The notes below the pieces were generated by a model. It had not been told where the DNA came from, ran no database searches, and saw only the letters and a list, made by a program, of their open reading frames with translations. Below, in pieces: positions 8,948 to 18,256 of a stretch of DNA of 64,000 nt. The DNA lies in NCBI GenBank assembly GCA_015296075.1, contig DVDV01000099.1, positions 26,446-90,445 of the forward strand, given 5' to 3'. This stretch comes from Leptolyngbyaceae cyanobacterium M33_DOE_097. GTDB taxonomy: Bacteria; Cyanobacteriota; Cyanobacteriia; Leptolyngbyales; Leptolyngbyaceae. The position numbers and the translations under genes are program-made. The first letter of the stretch is position 1; every line of letters starts with the position of its first letter.

Positions 8948-10978
8948 CTAACGCCAAAACTCATCGACCTCTAACCCTGCTAACTCATCCTTCAACTCTT
9001 GGAAATAATCGCTTTGAGTAATCTGCGCCACATCTTTTTGGCGTTTTTGTTGGTCAATCTCAATTTGCAACTCTTCTAACTGCTGCTTGAGGTCGGCTTC
9101 GAGTTGCTTCCGTTCGGTAATGTCTTCAACAATGCCCTCGTAGTAAAGCAAATTGCCAACCTTATCTCGCACCGCGCGGGTATTTTCCTCGATCCAAATA
9201 ATGCTGCCGTCTTTGCGATAAATCTGATACTCGCGGTTTTTGACCGCATTAGAGGCTTCCATCACGCGCTTAAACTCATTGCGCCCATTCGGATCTACAT
9301 ATGTCTGGGTGTCAATTGACGTAATGCTTTGCACCAACTCTTCGGGTGAGTCATAGCCATAGATGCGAGCCAACGCCGGGTTGACCTTGAGAAAACGCCC
9401 GTCTGTTGAAGATTGAAAAATGCCTTCTAGGGCGTTTTCAAAAATGCTGCGGTAGTTTTCTTCGGCGATCCGTAGGGCTTCTTCAGCTTGCTTGCGATCA
9501 GTAATATCCCGAACAATAAAGATCACCTCATCGTCGCCACAACGAACCACACGACCTTCAAAGTCAGCGACATTTGCGCCATCTGAAAACTCATACTCGA
9601 TCGCCTGTGTTTCACCCGTTGCGATCGCCCGCTCAATCGCTTCCATATACTTGTGGGCCACCTCGACGGGCAAAATGTCATAAACACTCTTCCCAATCCG
9701 GTTTTCGCGAGTTGCATTTAGGATGTTTTGCTTTGCTTCAACTACATCGAGATAAATGCCGTCTTTTCTCAGGCACAAAATCAAATCGGGAATCGCCTTC
9801 AAAAAGGCGCGGTTTCTAGCTTCACTCTGGCGCAGGGCTTCTTCGGCTTGCTTGCGATCGGTGACATCAATGCCAACCGATACAGTGGCAGCTCCTTGCT
9901 GATATTTTTGAGCAGCCAACAGAAAGTACTTTTTTGTGGCACCCCCGCTAATTTCAATCACTTGAGAAGCAGCCTCTTGCGGACTAACGATAAACTCTCG
10001 CATAAACTCAGCAAACTGAGCACTGCCTTTGAGAAAGCCAATTTCTTGACCGATAAAAGCCTCTTGCGAAAGATGCCAATTTTCAGCGAGATGCCGATTC
10101 ACACCGAGGTAAATTCCGGTTGAGTCGATCCACGAAATGGCTCCTGGTACAGCATTTAAAATTGCTTCGAGCTGGTCTTTTGCTGCTTCTAACTCGCGCT
10201 CGCGGAGCTGCACCGTTTGAATCATCTGGCTAAACACCCGGGCAAGATGCCCCAACTCATCGGGACGTTCGGCAACCTGGTCTAAACTCGTCGCATCAAA
10301 GGCATCGTTTTCAACAGCCGCCGCTGCATCTGTCAGCACGTTCACCTGCTGCAAATACTGAGACATTTGTTGATTTTTTGCGCTGATTTCTAAATTGGCG
10401 CGCCCCAATGCAACATTGCGTTCATCGAGCGTCTCCATTGCGAGCTTATAAACTTGAGCCTGCGATATTAACAGGGTTTGCAACTCTAAAAGCTTGTACG
10501 AGTTATCTGCCAGTTGCACCACGACAGGCTCATACATCTCATCGGGCGATCGCGCCAAACATTGCTGCACAGCATCTGAGATCAGGGTGCTAGCCGCAAG
10601 AATCAGCGGTTTGACTGGCATACATTCATGTAACTGAGCTAGCGATCGCTGAAGAAACAACTCTCGCCCATACACCCCACTCAAAATCTCTAAAAACTGG
10701 CGGCGTGACATCATCCCCGCAAACGTGCCCTGCCGCTTCAAAATGGCACCGGGTAATGCCGGATTTTGGTTGAACTGATCGTAAAGTTGCTGCGAAAGGC
10801 AGGCCACCTCGATTTCAAACCCCTCCAGTGGTAACTCACCCAACGTTGCTTCCAGGCGCAGGCGATCGGGCGCAGGCACCGTGCGATGAGACTGAGGGGG
10901 TGAGTCTGGGGTTTCACGCATGGGATTTGAGGCGATAAACGGCGGTGATTGACGGTTCAAACGGAATGAGACGGTCAA
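8948..10978 (-). CDS. Multi-PAS sensor protein without recognisable output domain (possible CBS-like N-terminus, three PAS modules, C-terminal coiled coil)
   Basis: 676 aa. Three PAS S-box-like modules each end in [12 protein letters not shown] / DITERKQ. It ends 51 aa after the last PAS, with no kinase, GGDEF or cyclase motifs. Confidence 0.8.
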   Translation of the reverse strand: [676 protein letters not shown]

Positions 10979-10984
10979 TGACCG

Positions 10985-12016
10985 TTACCAGGCGCCATCT
11001 GCGGGCCGACCGTTCATCCATTCTTCCAGGTCTCGGTCTGGCTTGGCTCCGTTAAACAAGTGCAAGCCAAAGTCTTTAGCGAGGTCTTCGCAGACTTTAA
11101 TGCCGCGTACGCTATTGCCTTTCTCATCAAGTGGTGGCGAAAAGGTGCCAATCCCAATTCTGCCGGGCACGACTGCCGTAATGCCACCCCCAACGCCACT
11201 TTTTGCTGGAATGCCGACGCGATACGTCCACTCGCCAGAGTAGTCATACATACCGCAGGTCAGCATCACACTAATCACATCTTGCACATAGCGTCCGTCG
11301 ATCGCCCGTTCTTGCGTGATTGGGTTCACACCGTTGTTAGCCAGGGTCGCAGCCATCATGGCCAGATCCCGACTGTTGACTAAGATGGAGCATTGTTGAA
11401 AGTAGAGATCGAGTGTTTCATCAATGCGATTGGTGATCATGTCAAAGTTCAACATTAAGTAGGCGATCGCTCGGTTGCGGTTGCCGGTTGCCCGTTCTGA
11501 TAGAAACACAGGCACATTGATGTCGAGTTCGCGCCCGGTGTAGCGCTTAAACATGTCTAAAATGCGCTTCAGCCGTTCAGTGCTGCCTTTGCCTTTGATC
11601 ATGTCGGTCGTGGCGATCGCGCCAGCATTCACCATCGGGTTGTAAGGACGATTCGTTTTTTCATCCAGCACAATCGCATTAAACGCCTCACCCGTTGGCT
11701 CAACGCTGACCTTGCTGTTGACGTACTCACGCCCGTGATCTTCTAACGCTAAGCCGTAAACAAACGCCTTTGAAATAGATTGAATTGTGAATAGGCTGGT
11801 GCAATCGCCCACTTCAAAAACCTGACCGTCTACCGTGGCGACACAAATGCCAAACGATTCGGGTTTTGCGATCGCCAACTCCGGGATGTAGTCAGCAACG
11901 GCTCCATCCATCACGCCTTTGTATTGCTCATACAGATCTTGCAGATAACCCCGAAACGGAGAGGCCACCGCCTGAATCGAGCTAGCGAGCGACTCTAAGT
12001 TACTGGTTTCGACCAT
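10985..12016 (-). CDS. glsA: Glutaminase A
   Basis: 343 aa. QSISKAF (Ser-x-x-Lys), NPMVNAGAI and [10 protein letters not shown] motifs of the serine-dependent glutaminase family. Confidence 0.9.
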   Translation of the reverse strand: MVETSNLESLASSIQAVASPFRGYLQDLYEQYKGVMDGAVADYIPELAIAKPESFGICVATVDGQVFEVGDCTSLFTIQSISKAFVYGLALEDHGREYVNSKVSVEPTGEAFNAIVLDEKTNRPYNPMVNAGAIATTDMIKGKGSTERLKRILDMFKRYTGRELDINVPVFLSERATGNRNRAIAYLMLNFDMITNRIDETLDLYFQQCSILVNSRDLAMMAATLANNGVNPITQERAIDGRYVQDVISVMLTCGMYDYSGEWTYRVGIPAKSGVGGGITAVVPGRIGIGTFSPPLDEKGNSVRGIKVCEDLAKDFGLHLFNGAKPDRDLEEWMNGRPADGAW

Positions 12017-12018
12017 GG

Positions 12019-12780
12019 TTAGTTTGCCTCAATAATTTTTTGAGCCACTTTGCGAAATTCCTGGCTGATCGGGTGGTCCTGATATTTCACGCAGAAAACC
12101 CCCTCACTCGCGAGCTGCACCATATCTTCAGACAGCGGAAACAATCCAGCAACCGATTCGCTGTAGGTTTCTTCGATGCGTTGTCTAAGGGCATCACCAT
12201 TTAGCAAGCTGTGGACTTTGTTGACAGCCAGCATGAGATTACGCACTTTAAGTTGACGCGCAACATCAACAGTAACGGCTGTGCCCTGGTAGTCTTGCTT
12301 GTCGGGTCGCAAGATAAGAATGAGAATGTGGGAAATGGCGATCGATAAAAAGGTCTCTTTGGATAGACCAGGATGAGTATCAATAAAGAGATAGTCAAGC
12401 TCTAGACCTTTCACCAGCTTGCGAAACCCGTCGTTTAGTAGCTTGACGTCATACCCATCTTTGAGAATTTTGGCTATGTCGTCGGCTCGCACGCTGGCTG
12501 GCACTAAAAACAACTCGCCTGCATCTGTGATGCCAACATTAGAGCTAATGTTGTAAGCCGCATCTTGAATCTCGCAATCGCCCCAAAGATAAGAGTTGAG
12601 GGTCTTGGTCGTCTGCTCAGGCTCTAGACAAAAGAGGCTATGAATGCCGGGAGAAGGAAGGTCTGTATCAATGACACCGACACGCTTCCCAGTCATAGCA
12701 ATCGTTGTTGCTAAATTAGCCGTGAAGTTCGATTTTCCGGTTCCCCCTCGGTAGGAATGAACTGAGACAACTTTAGGCAT
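12019..12780 (-). CDS. ParA/MinD-family P-loop ATPase (deviant Walker A with Arg at the signature-Lys position)
   Basis: [24 protein letters not shown]. This is the Walker A xKGGxGK[ST] pattern but reads RGGTGKS. Walker A' VIDTDL and Walker B-like YLFIDTHPG are present. Its stop codon lies 2 nt before the glsA ATG. Confidence 0.8.
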   Translation of the reverse strand: MPKVVSVHSYRGGTGKSNFTANLATTIAMTGKRVGVIDTDLPSPGIHSLFCLEPEQTTKTLNSYLWGDCEIQDAAYNISSNVGITDAGELFLVPASVRADDIAKILKDGYDVKLLNDGFRKLVKGLELDYLFIDTHPGLSKETFLSIAISHILILILRPDKQDYQGTAVTVDVARQLKVRNLMLAVNKVHSLLNGDALRQRIEETYSESVAGLFPLSEDMVQLASEGVFCVKYQDHPISQEFRKVAQKIIEAN

Positions 12781-12998
12781 GGACTAATTTTTTGCCATAT
12801 AAATTCAATCTCGTCTAGCCTCTCGCGATGGGAAATAGGGTTTTGTATTCGGAGATACGTTTTATTGGAACTTAAGCTTTTCTTGGTAAGGAGGAGACAG
12901 GAGGCCGCAGGGGGATTGATCTGCGATCGCCCGCAAGTCCACGCGGAGCTGAGCTAGAGTACGATGAAATGCAGATTGTCCCATGAAGGATTTGCCAG

Positions 12999-13916
12999 AT
13001 GTTGCCAGTCATCTACTCAGATGAGTTTTTGATGCACGATACCGGAGATTTTCATCCTGAGCGTCCGGCTCGGTTAACCGCGATTAAGCAGGCTTTAGAG
13101 GCAACTCCCTGGAGCAGTCAGTTAGAGTGGCGCAAACCAACGCCAATTGAGCAGCGTCCGGTGTTAGAAGCGGTGCAACAAGTGCATGATCCCAGTTATG
13201 TCAATGGCGTGCGGATCTTGGCAAATCGGGGTGGCGGTTATCTAGACGGGGATACGCCCATTTCACATCGCAGTTATGAGGTCGCGATGCTGGCTGTGAG
13301 TGCCTGGTTGGATGGGGTCGATGAAGTCCTGCACTCAGGCAAGCCTGTGTTTGTGTTGGCGCGACCACCGGGGCACCATGCCACTAAAAATGTCGGGATG
13401 GGGTTTTGTCTTTTCTCAAACGCGGCGATCGCGGCGCATTATGCCTTACAGCAAGCGGGCATTAACAAGGTCGCCATTCTCGATTGGGATGTGCATCACG
13501 GCAATGGCACCCAAGATCTAGTTGAGCGCAATCCCCAACTGGCTTACTGTTCGTTGCATGAGTTTCCTAACTATCCAGGAACGGGGAATGCGACAGAGCA
13601 GGGGTTTCACCAGAATGTTTTGAATGTGCCAATGGCTCCGGGAAGTGCCATGCCCGACTATGACCAGGCATTTCAATCACAGGTGATGCCATTTTTAGAA
13701 GCGTTTCAGCCTGATCTGTTGATTGTGAGTGCGGGGTATGATGCTACGGCGGCTGACCCGCTATCGCGTATCTGCCTGCTGCCAACGGACTTTGGCGTGT
13801 TTAGCCGCTACTGTTTGCAGTTCACTTCCAAGATCCTGTTTGGGTTAGAAGGTGGCTACGACTTAGAGGCGATCGCGCAGGCCGTTGTGGCAACCCTAGA
13901 GCCGTGTGTGGCTTAA
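12999..13916 (+). CDS. Histone deacetylase-family (acetoin utilisation/acetylpolyamine amidohydrolase-like) protein
   Basis: RPPGHHA and DWDVHHGNGTQ motifs, 305 aa. Confidence 0.9.
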   Translation: MLPVIYSDEFLMHDTGDFHPERPARLTAIKQALEATPWSSQLEWRKPTPIEQRPVLEAVQQVHDPSYVNGVRILANRGGGYLDGDTPISHRSYEVAMLAVSAWLDGVDEVLHSGKPVFVLARPPGHHATKNVGMGFCLFSNAAIAAHYALQQAGINKVAILDWDVHHGNGTQDLVERNPQLAYCSLHEFPNYPGTGNATEQGFHQNVLNVPMAPGSAMPDYDQAFQSQVMPFLEAFQPDLLIVSAGYDATAADPLSRICLLPTDFGVFSRYCLQFTSKILFGLEGGYDLEAIAQAVVATLEPCVA

Positions 13917-13951
13917 GGTAACGCTTCAGCGGCACAGGTCGCCAAGGTCAC

Positions 13952-14644
13952 TTAATCGAGCGTGACGATGCCACGTCGCAACGCCACAAGCACCGCCTGG
14001 GTGCGATCGCTGACGCGCAACTTGCCCAAAATGTTGTTGACATGAAATTTGACCGTGCCTTCGGCGATCGTCAGGGCACTGGCGATTTCTAAGTTGCTCA
14101 TACCCTTGGCCATGAGTTTCATCACATCTTGCTCGCGATCGCTCAGTTGCGGATTCTCCATCCGTTCAATCAGCTTCAGGCTGACCGCATTGGAGAGAAA
14201 CTTGTGCCCCGCATGCACACAGCGAATGGCCTTGAGCAACTCTTCACACGAACTGTCTTTCAGCAAATATCCCTTAGCCCCTGCTTGAATTCCCTGATAA
14301 ATATCCTCATCACCATCGTAGGTGGTCAAAATAATAATTCGAGCATCTGCAAACTCCTGGCGAATTGTGCGAATCGCCTCAACTCCACCAATACCGGGCA
14401 TCCGCAAGTCCATCAGGGTGACATCTGGGCGTACTGCCCGAAACTGCGCGATCGCCTCTGCGCCATTACTGGCTTCACTGACTGTTTCCATGCTCGACTC
14501 ATACTTCAGCATCAGGGCTAACCCGTGCCGCACAACCGGATGATCATCCACAATCAAAATTCGGATTGGCTTTGCGCGATTTTGGTTTGCGTTCGTTGCC
14601 AAGTGCTGTGAGTGGCGAAGTTTGGAGGCTGAAGAAAGTTCCAT
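13952..14644 (-). CDS. Response regulator, NarL/LuxR family
   Basis: REC domain (ILIVDDHPVV, TLMDLRMPG) plus LuxR HTH (LSDREQDVMKLMAKGMSNLEIA...TVKFHVNNILGKL). Confidence 0.9.
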   Translation of the reverse strand: MELSSASKLRHSQHLATNANQNRAKPIRILIVDDHPVVRHGLALMLKYESSMETVSEASNGAEAIAQFRAVRPDVTLMDLRMPGIGGVEAIRTIRQEFADARIIILTTYDGDEDIYQGIQAGAKGYLLKDSSCEELLKAIRCVHAGHKFLSNAVSLKLIERMENPQLSDREQDVMKLMAKGMSNLEIASALTIAEGTVKFHVNNILGKLRVSDRTQAVLVALRRGIVTLD

Positions 14645-15490
14645 TGCTAACTCGTTTGCTGAGGGCGGTTCAGAATATTGCTATCTAAGAGAAGTGAGGG
14701 TGATCAATGCAGAGAAAACAGCAAAGAAAATAATGCGGACTGGGATCACTGTGAAAGAATTGAGTATTTTTAATCACATTTTCAACGCTTTTTATAGAGA
14801 TTTCTAAGTTAATTAATGCCTAAATTAGCGCAGAGAGTCAGATATTTGAGAAGAATGATCTAAAGGAAATCTTACAATCTACCTGAAGCCGCTAAAACTT
14901 GATGGTAATCAAGTTTTTTACAGGTGAAATGTGGAAAGATCAGGCTAAATTACTCCTATCGAAGAACGTATGCGTTTGAAACCTTTTTAGTCTATCTGTT
15001 TGATTCCAGTTAATCGGCCTCCTCAAAAGTGAAAGTCGCGTTTAGGGGTTGAAACTCATTGGTATTAGTTATTGGAGTGTATGAGTGTAATGTGCCAGTG
15101 AAAGTTTCAGCAACGATCGCCCGAAGACCAAGCGATAGAAAATTAAGCTTTTCTTAAGACTAAATCTGTGTTGCTTTAAATGGAACTGTTCTTTTTCTGA
15201 CCGATATTTTTATCTGATTCTAAACCATACTGGTCAAAAGTTAAGGTTGAACTTAAGCCAATTGATAGGCTGTGAATTCAACCCCCTTGTGCCAAAGTTT
15301 TTGGCTATCAACCAGCGACGATACTTCGATTGATTTGGTAAATTTTAACTGTTTTTAAAAGCCAGGTATCTGTTGGTTTAGTGATGCAAAAGATGGATGC
15401 TTCTCTAATGTTTCACTCTCAGGCGATCGCCCTTAAAAATTATCTTTTCAATTGATTTGTCCGTTGTTTCAGTTTCGTTGAGAGAATTTT

Positions 15491-16690
15491 ATGGCTGTTT
15501 CTTTGCCAGTCAATGATTCACCCCAAACCGCACAAAGCTTAAAGCCCCAACAACGCAAGCGTTTAATTGTCCTCTCAGGAAGTGTTGTCGGTCTATTGGT
15601 GGGTGCTTTTATCTGGCAACAGGCAACACGCTACGAAACTTCTCAAAACGCTTATGTCACGGCTGAAATTCACCCGCTTAAGGCGCATCTAGTCGGCAGC
15701 ACTATCGTTGTCTCGCAGGGCGATCGCGCGGCATTAAATCAAGCTGCAATCGTACTCAAACTTGAAAATCATTCGCCTGAGTTGATGTTTCAACAGACGC
15801 AAGCGGCGATCACGAGTGCCCAGTACCATTTAGAGCTGGCGCAGCTGCGGTACACCCAATTAACGACCGAGTTTCCAGAAGCAGCTAAACCCCAAACGCC
15901 TCTCCCTAACACGCTGCACAGCTTGACGCAAATGAGCGACCGCTTGACTCAACTGAGATCGCGCGTCTTGTTGACGCACTCGCTACTGACCCAGGCAGAG
16001 GCCGACAGCGTCAAGGCCAACTTAGACTATCAGCAGTTTGCGGGGCTAGAAAGCTCGACAACATCAACTGAGACACAGGCTCAAAAAGCACGCGTTGCCT
16101 ATGAAGCAACTCAACTCCGCCGCAACGAGTTGAGAACTCAAATGAACCAGTTACAAACCGATGTGGCTCAGCTTCAAAAGCAGTTGACAACCCTGATTAA
16201 TCAGTTGATTGTGACGCGACAGCAAATGCCCCATGCACTCCCACCGCGATCGCTCACTTCACCCAGCCAGCCGACTATTTCAAAAATTGTCAATGCTATC
16301 TCAGAGTCGATTAATCAGCTTGAGAATGCAAAATTTCAGTTACTCAATACGAGTAATTTGATCCTAGGGCAAGCCCCATTAGCCGTCGTGTATCAGGAAC
16401 CCTGGGTCGTCGCTGAGTTTGAACAAGCGCAGCAGATGAGAATTCAATCAGGACAGATAGTTGAAATACGATTAAAATCACGCCCAAATGAAACTTTTTC
16501 AGGAAAAGTGTTGCATCACTCAGTGTTCTCTCAAAAACGGAATGAGACAACAACGAAAGCTCAGTCCGGAACTGATCAGATGAAGGAAAAATACTTGGTC
16601 AAGATTATGATTGACAGTAAAGACTTGAGGACGCGCAGAGATGTCTTTGAACCAGGCGAAGAAGCTTCTGTGAAGATCAAAGTCTGGTAG
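15491..16690 (+). CDS. HlyD-family membrane fusion / periplasmic adaptor protein (orphan)
   Basis: N-terminal TM (LIVLSGSVVGLLVGAFIW). AYVTAEIHPLKAHLVGS lipoyl-like start, a long coiled coil, and a C-terminal beta-barrel-like part (VVAEFEQAQQMRIQSGQIVEIRL...FSGKV...EPGEEASVKIKV). No adjacent ABC/RND/MFS partner. Confidence 0.6.
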   Translation: MAVSLPVNDSPQTAQSLKPQQRKRLIVLSGSVVGLLVGAFIWQQATRYETSQNAYVTAEIHPLKAHLVGSTIVVSQGDRAALNQAAIVLKLENHSPELMFQQTQAAITSAQYHLELAQLRYTQLTTEFPEAAKPQTPLPNTLHSLTQMSDRLTQLRSRVLLTHSLLTQAEADSVKANLDYQQFAGLESSTTSTETQAQKARVAYEATQLRRNELRTQMNQLQTDVAQLQKQLTTLINQLIVTRQQMPHALPPRSLTSPSQPTISKIVNAISESINQLENAKFQLLNTSNLILGQAPLAVVYQEPWVVAEFEQAQQMRIQSGQIVEIRLKSRPNETFSGKVLHHSVFSQKRNETTTKAQSGTDQMKEKYLVKIMIDSKDLRTRRDVFEPGEEASVKIKVW

Positions 16691-17466
16691 ACGACTGATT
16701 CAAAGCCGCTCACTTTTCCTGGTCTTTGCGTTGGCTCTCATAGAAGAGTCACAGCGGGCGGAACTGTTGAACGCCTCACAGAAGCGCCTGTGAAGTTGAG
16801 ATACTAGCAGCCTACGGTGTAAGTTTGTCTATCCTTTACTTGTTCAAATTCCCTGGAAAGGTTGACAAGAGATGACTTAGATGGGAAATCTACCTGGGCA
16901 AACTATTTTGACAGTGAAATCAGGAGTGAATCGAACCTTCAAACATAAGGCTTGAGTCAGCCGAGAAAGTTCATGAGATCGCCGCGATCGCGACTGATAA
17001 CTGCAATCTTTCTAGCGCTACGCATAATGTTTGGTACAAGAGAATTTGGGAGTTGCGCTCCTAGCCAGGGGTGGAACTCTTGCATCCCGTTCTAACTTTT
17101 TCCAGTACTGCTATAACGTTTCACAGCTCCGCATTAATTAGGGAAAAGATAAAAGATAAGTTACTCATTTTTCATAAATTTTTTCACTTGTTATATCTAG
17201 AAAATAGCCTTTTTCAACATTTCTCTGCTTTAAAGGATGGGGCGATCGCTCTTGCTTTGGGAGTAATGATTGAGCCATCAATAAGTTGATCGTTAAATTC
17301 CTTCTGGGTTTGATAAATGTTGTCTTTTACAGTGATACCTTAAAGCTATGAGATGGATTTTCTCACTGATTAAACGTATTCGAATTTAGATAACGCTGCT
17401 TTGTCGAAAGCGTGGAACCTAGAATCCGATAGAGTTTTGCGTCACTTCATCCGTGCTGTGAATAAT

Positions 17467-18141
17467 ATGAATTCACCTTCTTCGCAAGAGTCAAATCCTT
17501 ACTTTCTGGTGGTTGATGATCACGAAGCGATTCTTAAAGGAACTGTTCCTGCGTTAAGAGAGCGGTACCCCAAAGCAAAAGTTTTGATGGCTCAAGATCG
17601 GCAGACGGCTCAACAAATTCTCAACCAATTTCCTTTAGATTTAGTGGTAGTTGATTTGAGCTTGCCAGAGTCGTTAGGGCAAGTTGCCAGTCCTGAAATT
17701 GGGATGCAATGGCTTGAGTTATTGATGCAGCATGCGGTTACAAAACCAAACATCCTAGTCGTCAGCACAAATATTAAACCGCTAGTCCGGCTAACTCCTA
17801 AGATCAATATTTACGAAGGTGGGTTTGTTGCAATGGACAAATCACTGCCGATTCAAGAGTTATTAAAATTGGCTGATTTATCCTTGCGCGGTTCGATTTA
17901 CTTGCCGTTAGAGGTGCGATCGCGACCTGAGTTTGATCGCCGTTGGTTGGAGGTGTTAACTCTAAAGTTTCAGCATGGGCTGTCTGACCGCGCGATTCGT
18001 GAGCGGATGGGAATTGCTGAGCGAACGTTGCGTAACTATTGGGTTCGCATCCAGGATGCGTTAGAAGTGGTTGACGACCCCGATAAAGATTTACGAGTTC
18101 AAATTGAGTTGGCTGCGAGAGCAGCTGGACTTATTAATTAA
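17467..18141 (+). CDS. Response regulator with LuxR-like HTH
   Basis: REC motifs YFLVVDDHEAIL, DLVVVDLSLPE and AMDKS. C-terminal HTH LSDRAIRERMGIAERTLRNYWVRI. The ORF opens at TTG 17401; ATG 17467 is preferred. Confidence 0.75.
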   Translation: MNSPSSQESNPYFLVVDDHEAILKGTVPALRERYPKAKVLMAQDRQTAQQILNQFPLDLVVVDLSLPESLGQVASPEIGMQWLELLMQHAVTKPNILVVSTNIKPLVRLTPKINIYEGGFVAMDKSLPIQELLKLADLSLRGSIYLPLEVRSRPEFDRRWLEVLTLKFQHGLSDRAIRERMGIAERTLRNYWVRIQDALEVVDDPDKDLRVQIELAARAAGLIN

Positions 18142-18256
18142 GTCTTTTTTATTGATTTAATCGCTGAATCAAACGGTATAACGTCTGAGTAATGAGAAAT
18201 TTTTAATTGTCACCTTAAAAGCACTTTGACCCCATCCTCTTATCTTTATCTCAACT

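Noticed and set aside
15040-15055. CRISPR-repeat-like string gtttaggggttgaaac.
   Set aside because: It occurs once only. There is no repeat-spacer periodicity and no cas genes in the window.
16760-16807. Possible relic of a second HlyD-type 3' end. The sequence ggaactgttgaacgcctcacagaagcgcctgtgaagttgagatactag resembles the true 3' end at 16640-16690 (about 25 of 39 aligned nt; both end in an in-frame stop after xVKxx).
   Set aside because: The match is too short and too weak to distinguish from chance without a statistical alignment or comparison with related genomes.
16921-16940. tRNA T-arm-like ggttcga (minus strand) in the intergenic region.
   Set aside because: The flanking sequence cannot form T-stem, acceptor or anticodon arms, so it is not a tRNA.
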